NCBI GenBank assembly: GCA_900320795.1
Contig: ONTQ01000007.1
Location: 3,310 to 67,309 of the forward strand
DNA length: 64,000 bases
Direction of reading: 5' to 3'
Origin: an uncultured Bacteroidales bacterium
GTDB taxonomy: Bacteria; Bacteroidota; Bacteroidia; Bacteroidales; UBA932
Shown here: positions 48,177 through 60,280 of the stretch, one piece after another
How the letters are laid out: every line of letters begins with the position of its first letter
Position numbering within the stretch: the stretch's first letter is position 1
Position numbers and translations under genes: made by a program
Notes under the pieces: model-generated
Databases searched by the model: none
Told to the model about the DNA's origin: nothing
The model's input: only the letters and a program-made list of their open reading frames with translations

Positions 48177-50735
48177 ATGGATATCAACGAAGAGAAGAAC
48201 ATCCCCGAAGAAGGTCTGGGCGGCACTGGTTACATCGAGCAGGTAGAGATAGACCACGAGATGCGCACCGCGTACATCGACTATTCGATGTCCGTGATTG
48301 TGTCCCGCGCACTCCCGGATGCCCGGGACGGTCTCAAACCGGTCCAGCGCCGCGTCCTTTTCGGCATGGATAATATGGGCCTCAGTTTCAATGGACAGAC
48401 CAAGAAGAGCGCCCGTATCGTCGGTGAGGTGATGGGTAAGTTCCACCCGCACGGAGATTCCAGCGTCTATGATGCCATGGTCCGTCTGGGCCAGGAATGG
48501 AACCAGCGTTATCCCATGGTCAAGGGCCAGGGAAACTTCGGTTCTGTGGACGGCGATTCGCCGGCCGCCATGCGTTACACGGAAGCCAAACTCCAGAAAA
48601 TGGCCGAGGATGTCCTCGGAGACATGGACAAGGACACCGTGGACATGACCCTCAACTTCGACGATACCCTCGAAGAACCCACCGTCCTCCCCACCAAGGC
48701 CCCGCTCCTGCTTCTGAACGGCGCCTCCGGCATTGCCGTCGGCATGGCCACCAACATGGCTCCCCACAACCTGGGAGAATGCTGTGATGCCATCTGCGCC
48801 TATATTGACAATCCCGAGATAACCACCGATGAGCTCATGCAGCACATCAAGGGTCCGGATTTCCCGACGGGCGGTATTGTCATGGGCAAGTCCGGGATCA
48901 AAGAGGCCTACGAAACCGGCCGCGGCCGCGTGGTCATCCGTTCGAAGACGGAAATCGAAGTGGATGAACATGGCCGTGAAACCATTGTGGTGACCGAAAT
49001 CCCGTACATGGTGAACAAACGGGAAATGATTGAAAAGATTGCCCAGCTCGCAGATGAAAAGAAGGTGGAGGGCATTTCTTATATCAACGATGAAAGTTCC
49101 CGCGGTGAAACCCGTGTGGTAATCCGTCTCAAGCAGGGTACAAACTCCGGTGTAGTCCTGAACATGTTGTTCAAGTACAGCCCCCTGCAGAGCAGTTTCT
49201 CCTTTAACAACGTCGCTTTGGTGAAGGGCCGTCCCCGTACCCTCAGCCTCAAGGAAATCATCAAGGAATTCGTGGACTTTCGCCATGAGGTAGTGGTCCG
49301 TCGCACCCGCTTCGAGCTGGACAAGGCGCAGAAGCGTGCCCATATCCTGGAAGGCCTTCTCAAAGCCATGGACCTCATCGACGAGATAGTCCACATCATC
49401 CGTTACGAGTCCAAGAGCATCGACGAAGCCCGTCAGATGCTGGTGGACCGTTATCAGTTCTCGGACGTCCAGGCGGCCGCCATCGTGGAAATGCGTCTGC
49501 GTCAACTGGTTGGTTTGGAGCGGGAGAAACTCCAGAACGAGTACGACGAACTCATGAAGTTCATCGAGCGCTGCAACGTCATCCTGGGCTCCGTGGAAGA
49601 GCAGTTCAAGGTGGTCAAGGATGAAACCATGGACCTCAAGGCCCGCTACGGAGACCCCCGCCGCACGGAAATCACCCTCTCGGAAGACGAGTTCAACCCC
49701 GAGGACTTCTATGCCGACGAAGACCAGGTAATCACCATCTCCCACCTGGGCTATATCAAACGCACCCCTCTCACGGAGTTCCGCACGCAGAACCGCGGCG
49801 GCGTGGGCATGAAGGGCAGCGCCACCCGTGACGAAGACTTCATCGAACACATTTATATCGCCAATACCCACAGCACCATGCTTCTGTTCACCCAGAAAGG
49901 CAAGTGCTACTGGCTCAAGGTATATGAGATTCCGGAAGGCAACCGCACCTCCAAGGGCCGCGCCATCCAGAACATCCTCATGATAGACCCCGACGACAGC
50001 GTCCGCGCCTATCTGAATGTGAAGACGCTCAAGGACGAGGAATTCATCAACAACAACTACATCATGATGGTCACCCGTCAGGGCGTGGTGAAAAAGACTT
50101 CCCTCGAAGCCTATTCCCGTCCCCGTACCAATGGTGTCAACGCCATTAACATCCGCGAAGACGATGAATTGCTGGAAGCCGTCCTTACCAATGGCCGCTG
50201 CAATGTCATGATTGCCGCCCACGGAGGGCGCTGCGTCCGCTTCGACGAGGCCGAGGCCCGCGCCATGGGCAGAACCTCTACCGGCGTCCGTGGCATCAAT
50301 CTTGAAGAAGGGGATTATGTGGTCGGTGTCGTCTGTCAGGATCCCCAGGCGGAAGACGTGGAAAAGCACCAGGTGCTGGCCGTATCTGAAAATGGCTACG
50401 GCAAACGTTCCGACCCTATGGACTACCGTCAAACCTCCAGAGGTGCCAAGGGCGTGAGAACCCTTAACATCACTGAAAAGACCGGCAATCTGGTGGCCAT
50501 CAAGAATGTCACCGATGAAGATGACCTGATGATCATCTGCCGCAGTGGAATGACCATCCGTATGCCTGTCAACACCATCCGTGTTGCCGGACGTGCCACC
50601 CAGGGCGTAAGGCTCATCAACATTCGGGAGAAAGATGCCATCGCAGCCATCTCCGTCGTCGCTCACAACGATGAGGAAGAAAGCCAGCCGGCGGAAGGGA
50701 CCGCGCTTCCCGAAAGCAATCCTACCATGGAATAA
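48177..50735 (+). CDS. gyrA: DNA gyrase subunit A
   Basis: [23 protein letters not shown], GyrA box QNRGGVG. Confidence 0.98.
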   Translation: MDINEEKNIPEEGLGGTGYIEQVEIDHEMRTAYIDYSMSVIVSRALPDARDGLKPVQRRVLFGMDNMGLSFNGQTKKSARIVGEVMGKFHPHGDSSVYDAMVRLGQEWNQRYPMVKGQGNFGSVDGDSPAAMRYTEAKLQKMAEDVLGDMDKDTVDMTLNFDDTLEEPTVLPTKAPLLLLNGASGIAVGMATNMAPHNLGECCDAICAYIDNPEITTDELMQHIKGPDFPTGGIVMGKSGIKEAYETGRGRVVIRSKTEIEVDEHGRETIVVTEIPYMVNKREMIEKIAQLADEKKVEGISYINDESSRGETRVVIRLKQGTNSGVVLNMLFKYSPLQSSFSFNNVALVKGRPRTLSLKEIIKEFVDFRHEVVVRRTRFELDKAQKRAHILEGLLKAMDLIDEIVHIIRYESKSIDEARQMLVDRYQFSDVQAAAIVEMRLRQLVGLEREKLQNEYDELMKFIERCNVILGSVEEQFKVVKDETMDLKARYGDPRRTEITLSEDEFNPEDFYADEDQVITISHLGYIKRTPLTEFRTQNRGGVGMKGSATRDEDFIEHIYIANTHSTMLLFTQKGKCYWLKVYEIPEGNRTSKGRAIQNILMIDPDDSVRAYLNVKTLKDEEFINNNYIMMVTRQGVVKKTSLEAYSRPRTNGVNAINIREDDELLEAVLTNGRCNVMIAAHGGRCVRFDEAEARAMGRTSTGVRGINLEEGDYVVGVVCQDPQAEDVEKHQVLAVSENGYGKRSDPMDYRQTSRGAKGVRTLNITEKTGNLVAIKNVTDEDDLMIICRSGMTIRMPVNTIRVAGRATQGVRLINIREKDAIAAISVVAHNDEEESQPAEGTALPESNPTME

Positions 50736-50756
50736 TTAATTTAACCAGTTAATAGT

Positions 50757-52058
50757 ATGAAAAAGTTGTTATTCACCCTCGCGCTCGTCTGCTCCCTGCA
50801 GTTTGCGTATGCACAGAAGCCCGATGCCGATATGCAGAAGGCCGTTGACAAGGCCCTTGCCGCCGCTCAGGATGCCAAGAAGGGCACCAAGGCCAATACT
50901 TGGATGAACCTGGCCAAGGCCTACATGAATGCTTACAACAATCCCGTTGCCAACATCACTCCCGGCCTGGACAAGGCTACTTTCGGGATGATGAACAAAG
51001 AGCAGCCTGTTTCCGTCTCCAATGTCACCATTGGTGGCGAGACGTATGAGAAAATGCAACTTTCTCATGTGGATGTGTATTTCAACCAGGCCGGCATGCT
51101 GGCTATCGTGGATGTTACCAAACCCTCCGTCCCCGGAGATCTTCTGGGAGAGGCTGCCAAGGCTTATGTGAAAGCTTTTGAACTGGGCGCCAAGGACAAG
51201 GATGTGGACCCCAAACTCCAGGAGGTTGTAAATGCTTATTACAACGACGCTTTCACCGCCTATTCCCTGGGCGATATGGCCAAAGCCAGCGATCTGTTCA
51301 AGGGCGCTGCCGACTGGTCCTTGGTTCCTCCTTGCTCCGTGAAAAACGATGACGCCGCTTACAACTGCGCCTTTACTGCTCTCGCATCCAAGAACTACGA
51401 CCGCGCCATCGAGTACTACAACAAGTGCCTGACCAACGGTTATACCTCCGAGGGTAACATCTATGCCGCCCTTTCCGAGTGCTCCCTTGCCAAGGCCGAT
51501 ACCCTGGCCGCCAAGAACTATCTGGCCACCGGTCTCACCTCCTATCCGGACAACGCTTCCATCCTCACCAACCTCATCAACCTGTACCTGCAGACCAACG
51601 AAGATCCCAAGAAGATCGTTGAACTTCTGGATGAGGCCAAGAAGGCGATGCCCGACAATCCTTCCCTCTATTACGTAGAAGGAAACATCTACGCCGGTGT
51701 CAAGGATTTCGATGCGGCCGTTTCTGCTTACAACAAGGGTCTGGAGATTGATCCCAAGTACGATATGGCTTATTACGGCATCGCCAATGTCGCCTTGAAG
51801 AAGGGTGAGAGCCTGGTAGAAGAAATGAATGCCCTCGATGTCCGTGACTGGAAGAAATACGATGAACTCAATGCCCAGTTGGTGCAGGTTTACCAGAGTG
51901 CCATCGAGCCTTTCGAGAAATGCTATGAGGTCAGTTCCAACCCGGATGTGAAGGCTGCTGCTGCAGACTTCCTCAAGAGACTGAATTTCCAGCTCCGTAG
52001 CGTGGATCCCAAGTACCAGGCCGGCTACGAGAAATGGAACGCAATCGTCTCTGAATAG
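50757..52058 (+). CDS. Exported tetratricopeptide repeat protein
   Basis: Signal peptide and TPR motifs; usual position downstream of gyrA in Bacteroidota. Confidence 0.88.
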   Translation: MKKLLFTLALVCSLQFAYAQKPDADMQKAVDKALAAAQDAKKGTKANTWMNLAKAYMNAYNNPVANITPGLDKATFGMMNKEQPVSVSNVTIGGETYEKMQLSHVDVYFNQAGMLAIVDVTKPSVPGDLLGEAAKAYVKAFELGAKDKDVDPKLQEVVNAYYNDAFTAYSLGDMAKASDLFKGAADWSLVPPCSVKNDDAAYNCAFTALASKNYDRAIEYYNKCLTNGYTSEGNIYAALSECSLAKADTLAAKNYLATGLTSYPDNASILTNLINLYLQTNEDPKKIVELLDEAKKAMPDNPSLYYVEGNIYAGVKDFDAAVSAYNKGLEIDPKYDMAYYGIANVALKKGESLVEEMNALDVRDWKKYDELNAQLVQVYQSAIEPFEKCYEVSSNPDVKAAAADFLKRLNFQLRSVDPKYQAGYEKWNAIVSE

Positions 52059-52081
52059 CTTTCCCTCATAAGATAGTCCAC

Positions 52082-52113
52082 TCCGCTCAGTAATTTCTGA
52101 GCGGATTTTTTTT
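52082..52113 (+). terminator. Intrinsic terminator
   Basis: TCCGCTCAG-TAATTT-CTGAGCGGA-T8. Confidence 0.85.
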
Positions 52114-53077
52114 ATTCTGTGGAAGCCTGTGACGAAGAGTCTTTTTTGTCGAAGGCTTTTACGATTTTGGTGACAAGGGGATGGCGGACGATGTCTTCGT
52201 TCGTGAAGCGGATGGTGGCGATTCCCTTGATGCCTTCCAGGAGGCGGATGCCTGCGAGGAGACCGCTGTCTTCGCGGCGGGGGAGGTCAATCTGGGTGGC
52301 ATCACCTGTAACAATGAACTTGGCACTGGGCCCCATGCGGGTAAGGAACATCTTGAGCTGGCCCAGATTGGTGTTCTGGGCTTCATCCAGAATGACACAG
52401 GCACGGTCCAGGGTTCGGCCGCGCATATAGGCGAGGGGAGCGATCTGAATGGTTCCGTCGGCCATGAATTCCTGTAGTTTGCGGGAGGGAATCATGTCTG
52501 AAAGGGCATCGTAAAGAGGCTGCAGATACGGATCCAGTTTTTCTTTGAGGTCTCCGGGAAGGAAGCCCAGGCGCTCGCCGGCTTCTACAGCGGGGCGGGT
52601 GAGGATAATCCGTTTGATTTCCCGGTTCTTGAGGGCACGGACCGCCAGGGCGATGGCCATATAGGTTTTGCCGGTACCGGCCGGGCCGATGGCGAAGATG
52701 AGGTCGTGGTTGAAGTAGGCCTTCACCAGTTCCTGCTGGGTCTTGTTGCGGGCCCGGATGGGCTTGCCGTCAGTCCCGTGTACGATGATGGCATCCCCCG
52801 TGAGGGAAAAGCGTTCGTTGCCGCTGCTGCTGCCGGAGAAGAGGTCCTCTACGTCGTAAACGGTGAGGTTCATCTTGTGATGCCGCCGTTCAACCAATTC
52901 GGCAAAGCGGATATTGAACTCTGCAATATCGCTTTCGCGGCCTTCCAGGATGAGTTCATTTCCGCGCGCAACTACTTTAAGATGGGGAAAATAGGTGCAG
53001 AACTCGGTAAGTATCTTATTTCCGACACCATAAATCTCAATGGGGTCGATGGATTCCAGCTGAATAGTTTTCTTCAT
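52112..53077 (-). CDS. phoH: PhoH family ATPase
   Basis: GPAGTGKT, RPAVEAGE.LGFLPG, RGRTL, DEAQN, VRHPLV. Confidence 0.95.
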   Translation of the reverse strand: MKKTIQLESIDPIEIYGVGNKILTEFCTYFPHLKVVARGNELILEGRESDIAEFNIRFAELVERRHHKMNLTVYDVEDLFSGSSSGNERFSLTGDAIIVHGTDGKPIRARNKTQQELVKAYFNHDLIFAIGPAGTGKTYMAIALAVRALKNREIKRIILTRPAVEAGERLGFLPGDLKEKLDPYLQPLYDALSDMIPSRKLQEFMADGTIQIAPLAYMRGRTLDRACVILDEAQNTNLGQLKMFLTRMGPSAKFIVTGDATQIDLPRREDSGLLAGIRLLEGIKGIATIRFTNEDIVRHPLVTKIVKAFDKKDSSSQASTE

Positions 53078-53153
53078 ATGAGCACAAATATACGACTTTT
53101 ATTTTGATGAACTTTGAAAAAAGCGTATTTTTGCAGATTAAGGAGGATTATGT

Positions 53154-53684
53154 ATGAAAAGGACCTTCATCATCGTATTGGCACTCATCCTGCTGTGTAC
53201 AAGCAGCTGTGACTTTGTGAGAACCCTCGCCGGCCGCCCTACGACGGCACAGGTGGAACAGCTCCGTCTGGAACAACTGGCAGCAGAGGAAGCCCGGCAG
53301 CAGGCCCGCCTGGATTCGATGGCCCGGGTAGAAAAGCAGATGGCCGATTCGCTGGCCGCTCTGGAAGCCCATTTGCTGGATTCCCTTTCACAGGCCAACG
53401 GAACCATCCTGAATCCGGCCAAGATGGGCGGTTTGTTTACGACCAAACTGGAAACCCGTTACTGCATCGTCGTCGGTGCATTCCGGGGCCGTTATTATGC
53501 AGACCGCAAATTGAAAGCCTGCAATGAGGCTGGCTACAAGGCCTCTATCATCAGCTTCAAAAATGGTCTTATGGCCGTGGCTGTCTGCCCTTCAGACGAC
53601 CTCAGCGAGACCGTTAAAACCCTTAATCAGTTGCGCGGGAAGGGCGTATGCCCTCCGGACAGCTGGATTCTTGTGAATCAATGA
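53154..53684 (+). CDS. SPOR-domain lipoprotein
   Basis: Lipobox SSC; YCIVVGAF and DSWIL SPOR-like motifs. Confidence 0.8.
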   Translation: MKRTFIIVLALILLCTSSCDFVRTLAGRPTTAQVEQLRLEQLAAEEARQQARLDSMARVEKQMADSLAALEAHLLDSLSQANGTILNPAKMGGLFTTKLETRYCIVVGAFRGRYYADRKLKACNEAGYKASIISFKNGLMAVAVCPSDDLSETVKTLNQLRGKGVCPPDSWILVNQ

Positions 53685-55027
53685 TGAAACGACTGCTGTC
53701 TCTGGTGGCCGCCCTTCTGGTGGCCACGGGTGTTGGTGCCCAATACCGTACGCCGCTGGAGGATCTGGACGATTCCGAAACTGTCCGGGCCCTCAAGGAG
53801 CATGTGGCCTATTTGTCCGGCGCCCAGATGGAAGGCCGGAAGGCCGGGTCCGAGGGGGAAAGAATGGCGGCGGAGTATCTTGCCGGAAAGTTGAAAGAGT
53901 ACGGCATCGATGTCCTTACCGCAGGCAGTGAATTCAAGATTGCCCATGGCGCGGATACGCTCATTTCCCGTAATGTGATTGGGCTTCTGCAAGGTTGGGA
54001 CAAGAGTCAGAATGGCCATTATATCGTCGTGGGTGCCCGCATGGACAATCTGGGTATGGATCAGTTCACCGTGGACGGGGAGCTGGTGAACCGTACTTAT
54101 TATGGAGCCAATGGCAACGCTTCCGGCATGGCCATGATGCTGGAACTGGCGCAGAAGCTTTCCTATGCCCGTACACTCCTTCGACGGAGCATCCTCTTTG
54201 TCGGCTTCGGCGCTTCCTGTGACTCTTTTGCCGGGTCGTGGTATTTCCTCAACCGGTCTTTCGTGTCCGATGCGGAGAATATCGACGCTATGGTGAACCT
54301 GGACATGCTGGGGCTTGTGCAAAACGGCTTTCAGGCCTATACGGCATCCAACCAGGACTTGGATGCCGTCATTCAAAGCCTGCAGGGGGAACTGCTTCCC
54401 ATCCAGGCCCAGGCGGTTCCTCAGGAGCCCTATCCTGGAGACCATGTCGTTTTTTACAGCAAGGAAATCCCTTCCGTCCTCTTTACGACTGGCCGGTATT
54501 CGGAACACGGAACCGGCCGTGACACCTATTCCATCATCAACTTCGAGGGGATGGAAAGGGAACTGGAGTATATTTTCAGTTATGTACAGCATCTCGCCAA
54601 TGGGCAGCGGCCTCTGTTCCGCGGACGCACGGAAAGCAAGAAAGAAGTGCCGGTGGGAACCTATGCCTATAGCGATGTGGACGTAAAGCCGATGTTCCTG
54701 AATTCCCAGGACCCCCGCACTTTTATGGAACGTTGGGTGTATCAGTATGTGAAATATCCCAAGTATGCCCTTGATAACGGGATCCAGGGAACCGTACTGG
54801 TGGATTTCATCATCGACGAAAAGGGAGAAGTGCGGGATGTGAAAGTGTCCCGTGGGGTGCATCAGTCTCTGGACGATGAAGCTGTCCGCGTGGTATCCGC
54901 TTCTCCCAAATGGCGGCCGGGCCGTCATCGCGGCAAAAAGACCCGTGTAGCCCTTACGGTGGCCGTAGAGTTTCGCTTAACGAAGGAAAAGGGGCGTTTC
55001 GGCATCAATGGAAAGACTATAAACTAG
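53681..55027 (+). CDS. M28-fold domain (degenerate) fused to a TonB C-terminal domain
   Basis: M28 scaffold (EGR.AGS.GE, NVIG, NLDM) plus YP..A....IQG.V.V.FIID..G TonB_C. Confidence 0.85.
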   Translation: MMKRLLSLVAALLVATGVGAQYRTPLEDLDDSETVRALKEHVAYLSGAQMEGRKAGSEGERMAAEYLAGKLKEYGIDVLTAGSEFKIAHGADTLISRNVIGLLQGWDKSQNGHYIVVGARMDNLGMDQFTVDGELVNRTYYGANGNASGMAMMLELAQKLSYARTLLRRSILFVGFGASCDSFAGSWYFLNRSFVSDAENIDAMVNLDMLGLVQNGFQAYTASNQDLDAVIQSLQGELLPIQAQAVPQEPYPGDHVVFYSKEIPSVLFTTGRYSEHGTGRDTYSIINFEGMERELEYIFSYVQHLANGQRPLFRGRTESKKEVPVGTYAYSDVDVKPMFLNSQDPRTFMERWVYQYVKYPKYALDNGIQGTVLVDFIIDEKGEVRDVKVSRGVHQSLDDEAVRVVSASPKWRPGRHRGKKTRVALTVAVEFRLTKEKGRFGINGKTIN

Positions 55028-55029
55028 AT

Positions 55030-57789
55030 ATGGACTACAATTTTTTAGAGATTGAGAAGAAATGGCAGAAGTGGTGGGCACAGAACAAAACCTACCGTGC
55101 CAGTGCAGATTCGGACAAACCCAAATATTATGTGCTGGATATGTTCCCGTACCCCAGTGGCGCGGGTCTCCATGTCGGTCATCCGCTGGGATACATTGCC
55201 AGTGACATCTATGCCCGCTACAAGCGTTTGAAGGGCTTCAATGTCCTTCATCCGATGGGCTATGACGCCTTCGGCCTGCCGGCCGAGCAGTATGCCATCC
55301 AGACCGGTCAGCATCCGGAGAAGACCACCCATGACAATGTAGCCCGTTACCGGGAGCAGCTGGACCGTATCGGCTTTTCCTTTGACTGGGACCGCGAGTT
55401 CCGTACATCGGATCCTGACTATTACAAGTGGACCCAATGGGCCTTCCTCAAGATGTTTGGCTCCTGGTATGACAACAAGCTCCAGAAGGCCCGTCCCGTC
55501 GAGGTCCTGATAAAAGCCTTTGAAGAAGGAGGCAGTTCGGCCGTGGATGCCGCCTGCAGCGAAGGCCCGACTTTCACGGCAGCGGAGTGGAATGCCTATT
55601 CCGAGAAAGAGAAGGCCGATGTGCTCATGCGCTATCGGATTGCCTATCAGGGCGAAAGTACGGTGAACTGGTGCCCGGCCCTGGGCACCGTCCTGGCCAA
55701 TGACGAAGTGAAGGACGGCTATTCCGAGAGGGGCGGTCATCCGGTCTTTCAGAAAAAGATGACACAGTGGCAGCTGCGGGTCTCGGCCTATGCCGGACGC
55801 CTCCTGGACGGTCTTGACAGGCTGGATTGGACTGAATCCCTTAAGGAAATGCAGCGCAACTGGATCGGACGCAGCGAAGGTGCCGAAATGGTCTTCAAGG
55901 TGCAGTGCGACGGTCAGGAGCATGAAGTGACCATCTTCACCACCCGTGCAGACACTATCTTCGGCGTCACCTTCATGGTTCTTGCCCCCGAGAGCGAATG
56001 GGTGCCCCTGCTGACGTCGGCCACCCAAAAGAAAGAGGTGGATGCCTATCTGGAACAGGTGAAAAAGAAGACGGAACGCGAGAGAATCGCCGGGAAGGCC
56101 GTCACCGGCGTCTTTTCCGGTGCTTACGGCATCAATCCGCTTACGGGAGAAAAAGTCCCCGTGTGGATTTCGGAATATGTGCTGGCCGGGTACGGAACCG
56201 GTGCCATCATGGCCGTTCCTGCCCATGACAGCCGCGACTATGCTTTTGCCAAGAAGTTCGGCCTGCCCATCATCCCCCTGATCGAAGGGGCCGATGTAAG
56301 CGAGGAGAGCCTGGATGCCAAGGAAGGCATCATGTGCAACAGCGGTTTCCTGAACGGACTTAGCGTGAAACAGGCCATCCCCGCTGCCATCGACTATGTG
56401 GAGGCTCACGGACTGGGTCACCGGAAGGTGAATTACCGCATCCGCGACGCCATTTTCTCCCGTCAACGCTATTGGGGAGAGCCTTTCCCTATCTATTACA
56501 AGGACGGAATCGCCACGCCGGTTCCCGTGGAAGACCTTCCGCTTACCCTTCCGGAAATTGACCAGTACAAGCCGACGGAAGACGGTCAGCCGCCGCTGGC
56601 ACGTGCCAAGGATTGGACATATGACGGTTATCCGTTGGAGACCAGTACCATGCCTGGTTTCGCAGGTTCCAGTGCCTATTACCTCCGCTACATGGATCCT
56701 CACAACGACAACGAGCTTGTTTCCCGCAAGGCCGACGAGTACTGGCGCAATGTGGACCTTTACATCGGCGGTACGGAGCACGCGACGGGCCACCTCATCT
56801 ACAGCCGGTTCTGGAACAAGTTCCTCTATGACCTCGGCTATGTCTGTGAGGATGAACCTTTCTGCAAACTCATCAACCAGGGCATGATCCAAGGCCGTTC
56901 CAACTTCGTTTACATGATTCCCGGCACCAACCGCTTCGTATCGGCCGGCATCAAGGACCGGTACGAAACCATTCCGGTGCACGTGGACGTAAACATCGTG
57001 TACAACGACCGGCTGGACATCGAAGCCTTCCGTGCCTGGCGTCCGGACTACAAAGACGCCGAGTTTATCCTGGAGAACGGCGAATACATCTGTGGCTGGG
57101 CCATCGAAAAGATGTCCAAGAGTATGTACAATGTGGTGAATCCCGACAAAATCTGCGATACTTACGGGGCCGATACCCTTCGCCTGTACGAAATGTTCCT
57201 GGGCCCGATCGAGCAGGCAAAGCCGTGGGATACCAAGGGCATCGACGGTGTTAACCGTTTCCTGAAGAAGTTCTGGCGCCTGTTCTGGGACCGCGAGAAG
57301 TGGCTTGTTACGGATGAGGAGCCCACACGTGATGAACTCAAGGCACTGCACAAACTCATCGGCAAGGCACAGGAAGACATCGAGCATTTCTCGTACAATA
57401 CCACCATTTCGGCCTTTATGATTGCGTTGAACGAACTGGGAAGCTGTTCCAAACGCGCAGTCCTGGAGCCGCTTACGATTGTGCTGTCTCCGTTTGCCCC
57501 GCATATTGCGGAGGAACTGTGGCATCAGTTGGGGCACGAGGATTCCGTAGTCTATGCCGCTTTCCCCGAGTACAAGAGCGAACTGGCGGCAGAGAATCTG
57601 GTAAAATATCCGGTTTCCTTCAACGGCAAAACACGTTTCTTCCTGGAGGCCCAGGCGAGCGACACGCCCGCCACGGTAGAAGCTGCTGTCCGCTCACATG
57701 AGAAAACGCCTCAGTACGTGGGAGATATGACCATTGCAAAGGTCATTGTCGTCCCCGGTCGCATTGTCAATGTGGTCCTGAAAAAGTAA
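55030..57789 (+). CDS. leuS: Leucine--tRNA ligase
   Basis: [25 protein letters not shown] editing motif, KMSKS. Confidence 0.98.
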   Translation: MDYNFLEIEKKWQKWWAQNKTYRASADSDKPKYYVLDMFPYPSGAGLHVGHPLGYIASDIYARYKRLKGFNVLHPMGYDAFGLPAEQYAIQTGQHPEKTTHDNVARYREQLDRIGFSFDWDREFRTSDPDYYKWTQWAFLKMFGSWYDNKLQKARPVEVLIKAFEEGGSSAVDAACSEGPTFTAAEWNAYSEKEKADVLMRYRIAYQGESTVNWCPALGTVLANDEVKDGYSERGGHPVFQKKMTQWQLRVSAYAGRLLDGLDRLDWTESLKEMQRNWIGRSEGAEMVFKVQCDGQEHEVTIFTTRADTIFGVTFMVLAPESEWVPLLTSATQKKEVDAYLEQVKKKTERERIAGKAVTGVFSGAYGINPLTGEKVPVWISEYVLAGYGTGAIMAVPAHDSRDYAFAKKFGLPIIPLIEGADVSEESLDAKEGIMCNSGFLNGLSVKQAIPAAIDYVEAHGLGHRKVNYRIRDAIFSRQRYWGEPFPIYYKDGIATPVPVEDLPLTLPEIDQYKPTEDGQPPLARAKDWTYDGYPLETSTMPGFAGSSAYYLRYMDPHNDNELVSRKADEYWRNVDLYIGGTEHATGHLIYSRFWNKFLYDLGYVCEDEPFCKLINQGMIQGRSNFVYMIPGTNRFVSAGIKDRYETIPVHVDVNIVYNDRLDIEAFRAWRPDYKDAEFILENGEYICGWAIEKMSKSMYNVVNPDKICDTYGADTLRLYEMFLGPIEQAKPWDTKGIDGVNRFLKKFWRLFWDREKWLVTDEEPTRDELKALHKLIGKAQEDIEHFSYNTTISAFMIALNELGSCSKRAVLEPLTIVLSPFAPHIAEELWHQLGHEDSVVYAAFPEYKSELAAENLVKYPVSFNGKTRFFLEAQASDTPATVEAAVRSHEKTPQYVGDMTIAKVIVVPGRIVNVVLKK

Positions 57790-57792
57790 AAT

Positions 57793-58707
57793 ATGGACAA
57801 GAAAAAAATCCTCATCGGGATCTTTGACTATATCGTCATTTCGATCGGTGTCGTGCTGTTCGTGATGGCCTGGCAGTCGTTCCTGCTTCCCAATCACATG
57901 ATTGACGGTGGCCTTACGGGCGCATCAGCCCTGCTGGCCATGGTGACGGGAATCTCGGTGGATATCTGGTACTTTGGTATTAACGTGCTGCTCCTAGTCC
58001 TGGCCTGGTTTATCCTGGGACAGGGTTTCGGCATCAAGACCATCTATGCCATCCTGCTGTCCACGGCTCTCTTCCGCATCCTGGGGGATGAGAGTATGCG
58101 TTGCCTCTGGTCTGTGGAGGGTGAGGTGCTGTATGTGGGAGACGGAATCTTGGTCCCTATCATCGGCGGTCTGCTGGAAGCGGTGGGCCTGGCCCTGATT
58201 ATCATGCGGGGCGGTTCTACGGGCGGAACGGACATCCTGGCCCTTATCGTGAACAAGTTCTGGCCCATTTTCATCGGCCGGTTCTATCTTTTTGCAGATT
58301 TTATTGTCATCACGCTCCTGATCTTTGTCCCGGGCCATTGTTTCACCGATGTGGTGTACGGTTATATCACGATGGGTGTATGCGCCTATGTGCTTGACCT
58401 GATTATGCTGGGCAAGGATTCCACGGTCCAGATTCTCATCTTCTCCGACAGGCTGAAGGAGATCGGGGACTACATCAACAGGGATATGGGCAGGGGCGTT
58501 ACGGCTCTCAAGGCCATCGGCTGGTACACGCAGGAAGACCGTCAGGTGCTGATGGTGATGCTTCGCAAGACTGAAATGCCCGAGCTGGTGAAGGTCGTGA
58601 AAGAGTTGGATCCCAAAGCTTTCGTGACGGTAGTCCCTGCCAATAACGTATTCGGCGAAGGCTTTGATGAAATGAAAACCGGAATTGCCAAAAAGAAGAA
58701 AAAATAA
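57793..58707 (+). CDS. YitT family membrane protein
   Basis: GGSTGGTDI, RGVT, GWYT, D..AF, V.G.GF. Confidence 0.92.
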   Translation: MDKKKILIGIFDYIVISIGVVLFVMAWQSFLLPNHMIDGGLTGASALLAMVTGISVDIWYFGINVLLLVLAWFILGQGFGIKTIYAILLSTALFRILGDESMRCLWSVEGEVLYVGDGILVPIIGGLLEAVGLALIIMRGGSTGGTDILALIVNKFWPIFIGRFYLFADFIVITLLIFVPGHCFTDVVYGYITMGVCAYVLDLIMLGKDSTVQILIFSDRLKEIGDYINRDMGRGVTALKAIGWYTQEDRQVLMVMLRKTEMPELVKVVKELDPKAFVTVVPANNVFGEGFDEMKTGIAKKKKK

Positions 58708-58708
58708 T

Positions 58709-59686
58709 ATGCCGATTCTCCAAAAATCCCTCTTCACCCATATCAAGGAGTGGCTTCTGGTTACCCTGGGTATTCTTATCTACGTGACCGGATGGTCCAC
58801 ATTTCTTATCCCCAACAACTTGATTGGCGGTGGTGTATCGGGTATCAGTTCCATGATCCAATATGCTACGGGCGGTACCATCCAGATGGGTTACAGTTAC
58901 TTTGTCCTGAATGCCATCCTGGTGATTGCCGCCATGGTTGTCCTGGGAATGGGCTTTGGCGCCAAGACCATCTATGCCATTATACTGGCATCCGTTGCCC
59001 TGCGTTTCCTTCCGGACCTTATTCCGGCGACCATCATCAAGACACTGGCCATTGATAATGGCAAGTTGCTGAGCGTGCTGATGGGCGGTCTCATGGCCGG
59101 TATCGGAATCGGCATGAGCATCTCCAACGGGGGATCGACGGGCGGGACTGACATCATCGCACTCATCTACACCAAATATCACAATGTGTCGCCGGGCAAG
59201 GTGATTTTGTTCCTGGATTTCATTATCATCGGCTCATCCCTGCTGGTCCCCTCTTTCGTCAATGAACTGGATCCGGTGACGGGTCTTCCGGTATTGGATG
59301 CCGCGGGCAATCCGGTGATGTTCAAAATGCCTTTGGCCGAAAAGATTACGACGGTCCTGTACGGTCTTATCCTGGTTACGGTGAACAGTTATGTGCTGGA
59401 TATGTATATTTCCGGTTCCCAGCAGAGTGTCCAGCTTTTCATTCTTTCCAAAGAGTATGAGAAGATTGCCGATGCCATCACCCACGAAATGCATCGCGGT
59501 GTCACCGTGCTGGACGGAAAAGGCTGGTATACCAAGCAGGATACCAAGGTGCTGATGGTCCTTACCAGAAAGACAGATCTCAATCTGATGCTCCGTTATA
59601 TCAAACAGATTGATCCTACGGCATTCCTTTCCGTGAGTTCGGTAAACGGCGTTTACGGCAAGGGATTCGATTCTATCAAAAAATAA
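58709..59686 (+). CDS. YitT family membrane protein (tandem paralog)
   Basis: GGSTGGTDI, HRGVT, GWYT, DPTAF, VYGKGF. Confidence 0.92.
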   Translation: MPILQKSLFTHIKEWLLVTLGILIYVTGWSTFLIPNNLIGGGVSGISSMIQYATGGTIQMGYSYFVLNAILVIAAMVVLGMGFGAKTIYAIILASVALRFLPDLIPATIIKTLAIDNGKLLSVLMGGLMAGIGIGMSISNGGSTGGTDIIALIYTKYHNVSPGKVILFLDFIIIGSSLLVPSFVNELDPVTGLPVLDAAGNPVMFKMPLAEKITTVLYGLILVTVNSYVLDMYISGSQQSVQLFILSKEYEKIADAITHEMHRGVTVLDGKGWYTKQDTKVLMVLTRKTDLNLMLRYIKQIDPTAFLSVSSVNGVYGKGFDSIKK

Positions 59687-59738
59687 AGATCTTTGACATA
59701 AAGGAGAACGTGCCCGCCCGGCCCGCTTCGGAAAAACC

Positions 59739-60263
59739 ATGAACCTTCTAGTACTGTTCCTGGCTCTTTTCTGTGTGCTGGCTGTGGGTGTGGGAATTTT
59801 CCTGTATTTGCGCCTGCGCAGAAAAGAAGCCCGTCTGAGGGATGCCCTGGAACAATCAGGCCCTTCAGACCCTGTGTCTGACTCTTGTGAATTGACGGCG
59901 ATCGATCAGATGCTGTACGACAGGTGCTGCAAGTATATGACCCAGCGGAAGCCTTTCCTGGTGGAGTCTTTCTCCCTTCAGGACCTGGCCTCGGCGGTCT
60001 ATACCAACAGGAGTTCACTAAGTAAAACTATCAACCGTTATTCCGGACGGAATTTCCGGCAGTACGTAAACTATTATCGGATTATGTATTCCATGGAACT
60101 GTTCCGGAACAACATGAGCCTGAGGGTAGTTGACTTGGCGCAACTTTCCGGTTTCCGGTCCGTGACGGCTTATTTCCAGAACTTCAAGAAAGTGATGGGG
60201 GAGCCACCCAGCCAATGGTGTGCACGGATACGGAGAAAGTATATCAAGGATTTGAAATCGTAG
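59739..60263 (+). CDS. Membrane-anchored AraC-family HTH regulator
   Basis: N-terminal TM; TNRSSLS..IN....NF..YVN.YR; SGF....YF..FKK..G.PP. Confidence 0.85.
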   Translation: MNLLVLFLALFCVLAVGVGIFLYLRLRRKEARLRDALEQSGPSDPVSDSCELTAIDQMLYDRCCKYMTQRKPFLVESFSLQDLASAVYTNRSSLSKTINRYSGRNFRQYVNYYRIMYSMELFRNNMSLRVVDLAQLSGFRSVTAYFQNFKKVMGEPPSQWCARIRRKYIKDLKS

Positions 60264-60280
60264 AATCCGGTACGGGCACG

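Noticed and set aside
48440-48480. Quinolone-resistance change in gyrA
   Set aside because: The QRDR reads HGDSSVYD, a wild-type-like Ser and Asp
24582-57537. Long antisense ORFs (e.g. 24582-26738, 27831-29888, 48141-50666, 55045-57537)
   Set aside because: They mirror well-supported genes on the other strand, as expected from biased codon usage, and show no recognisable motifs
57793-59686. Tandem YitT genes as a recent duplication or novel system
   Set aside because: The two copies are strongly diverged and this family commonly has paralogs
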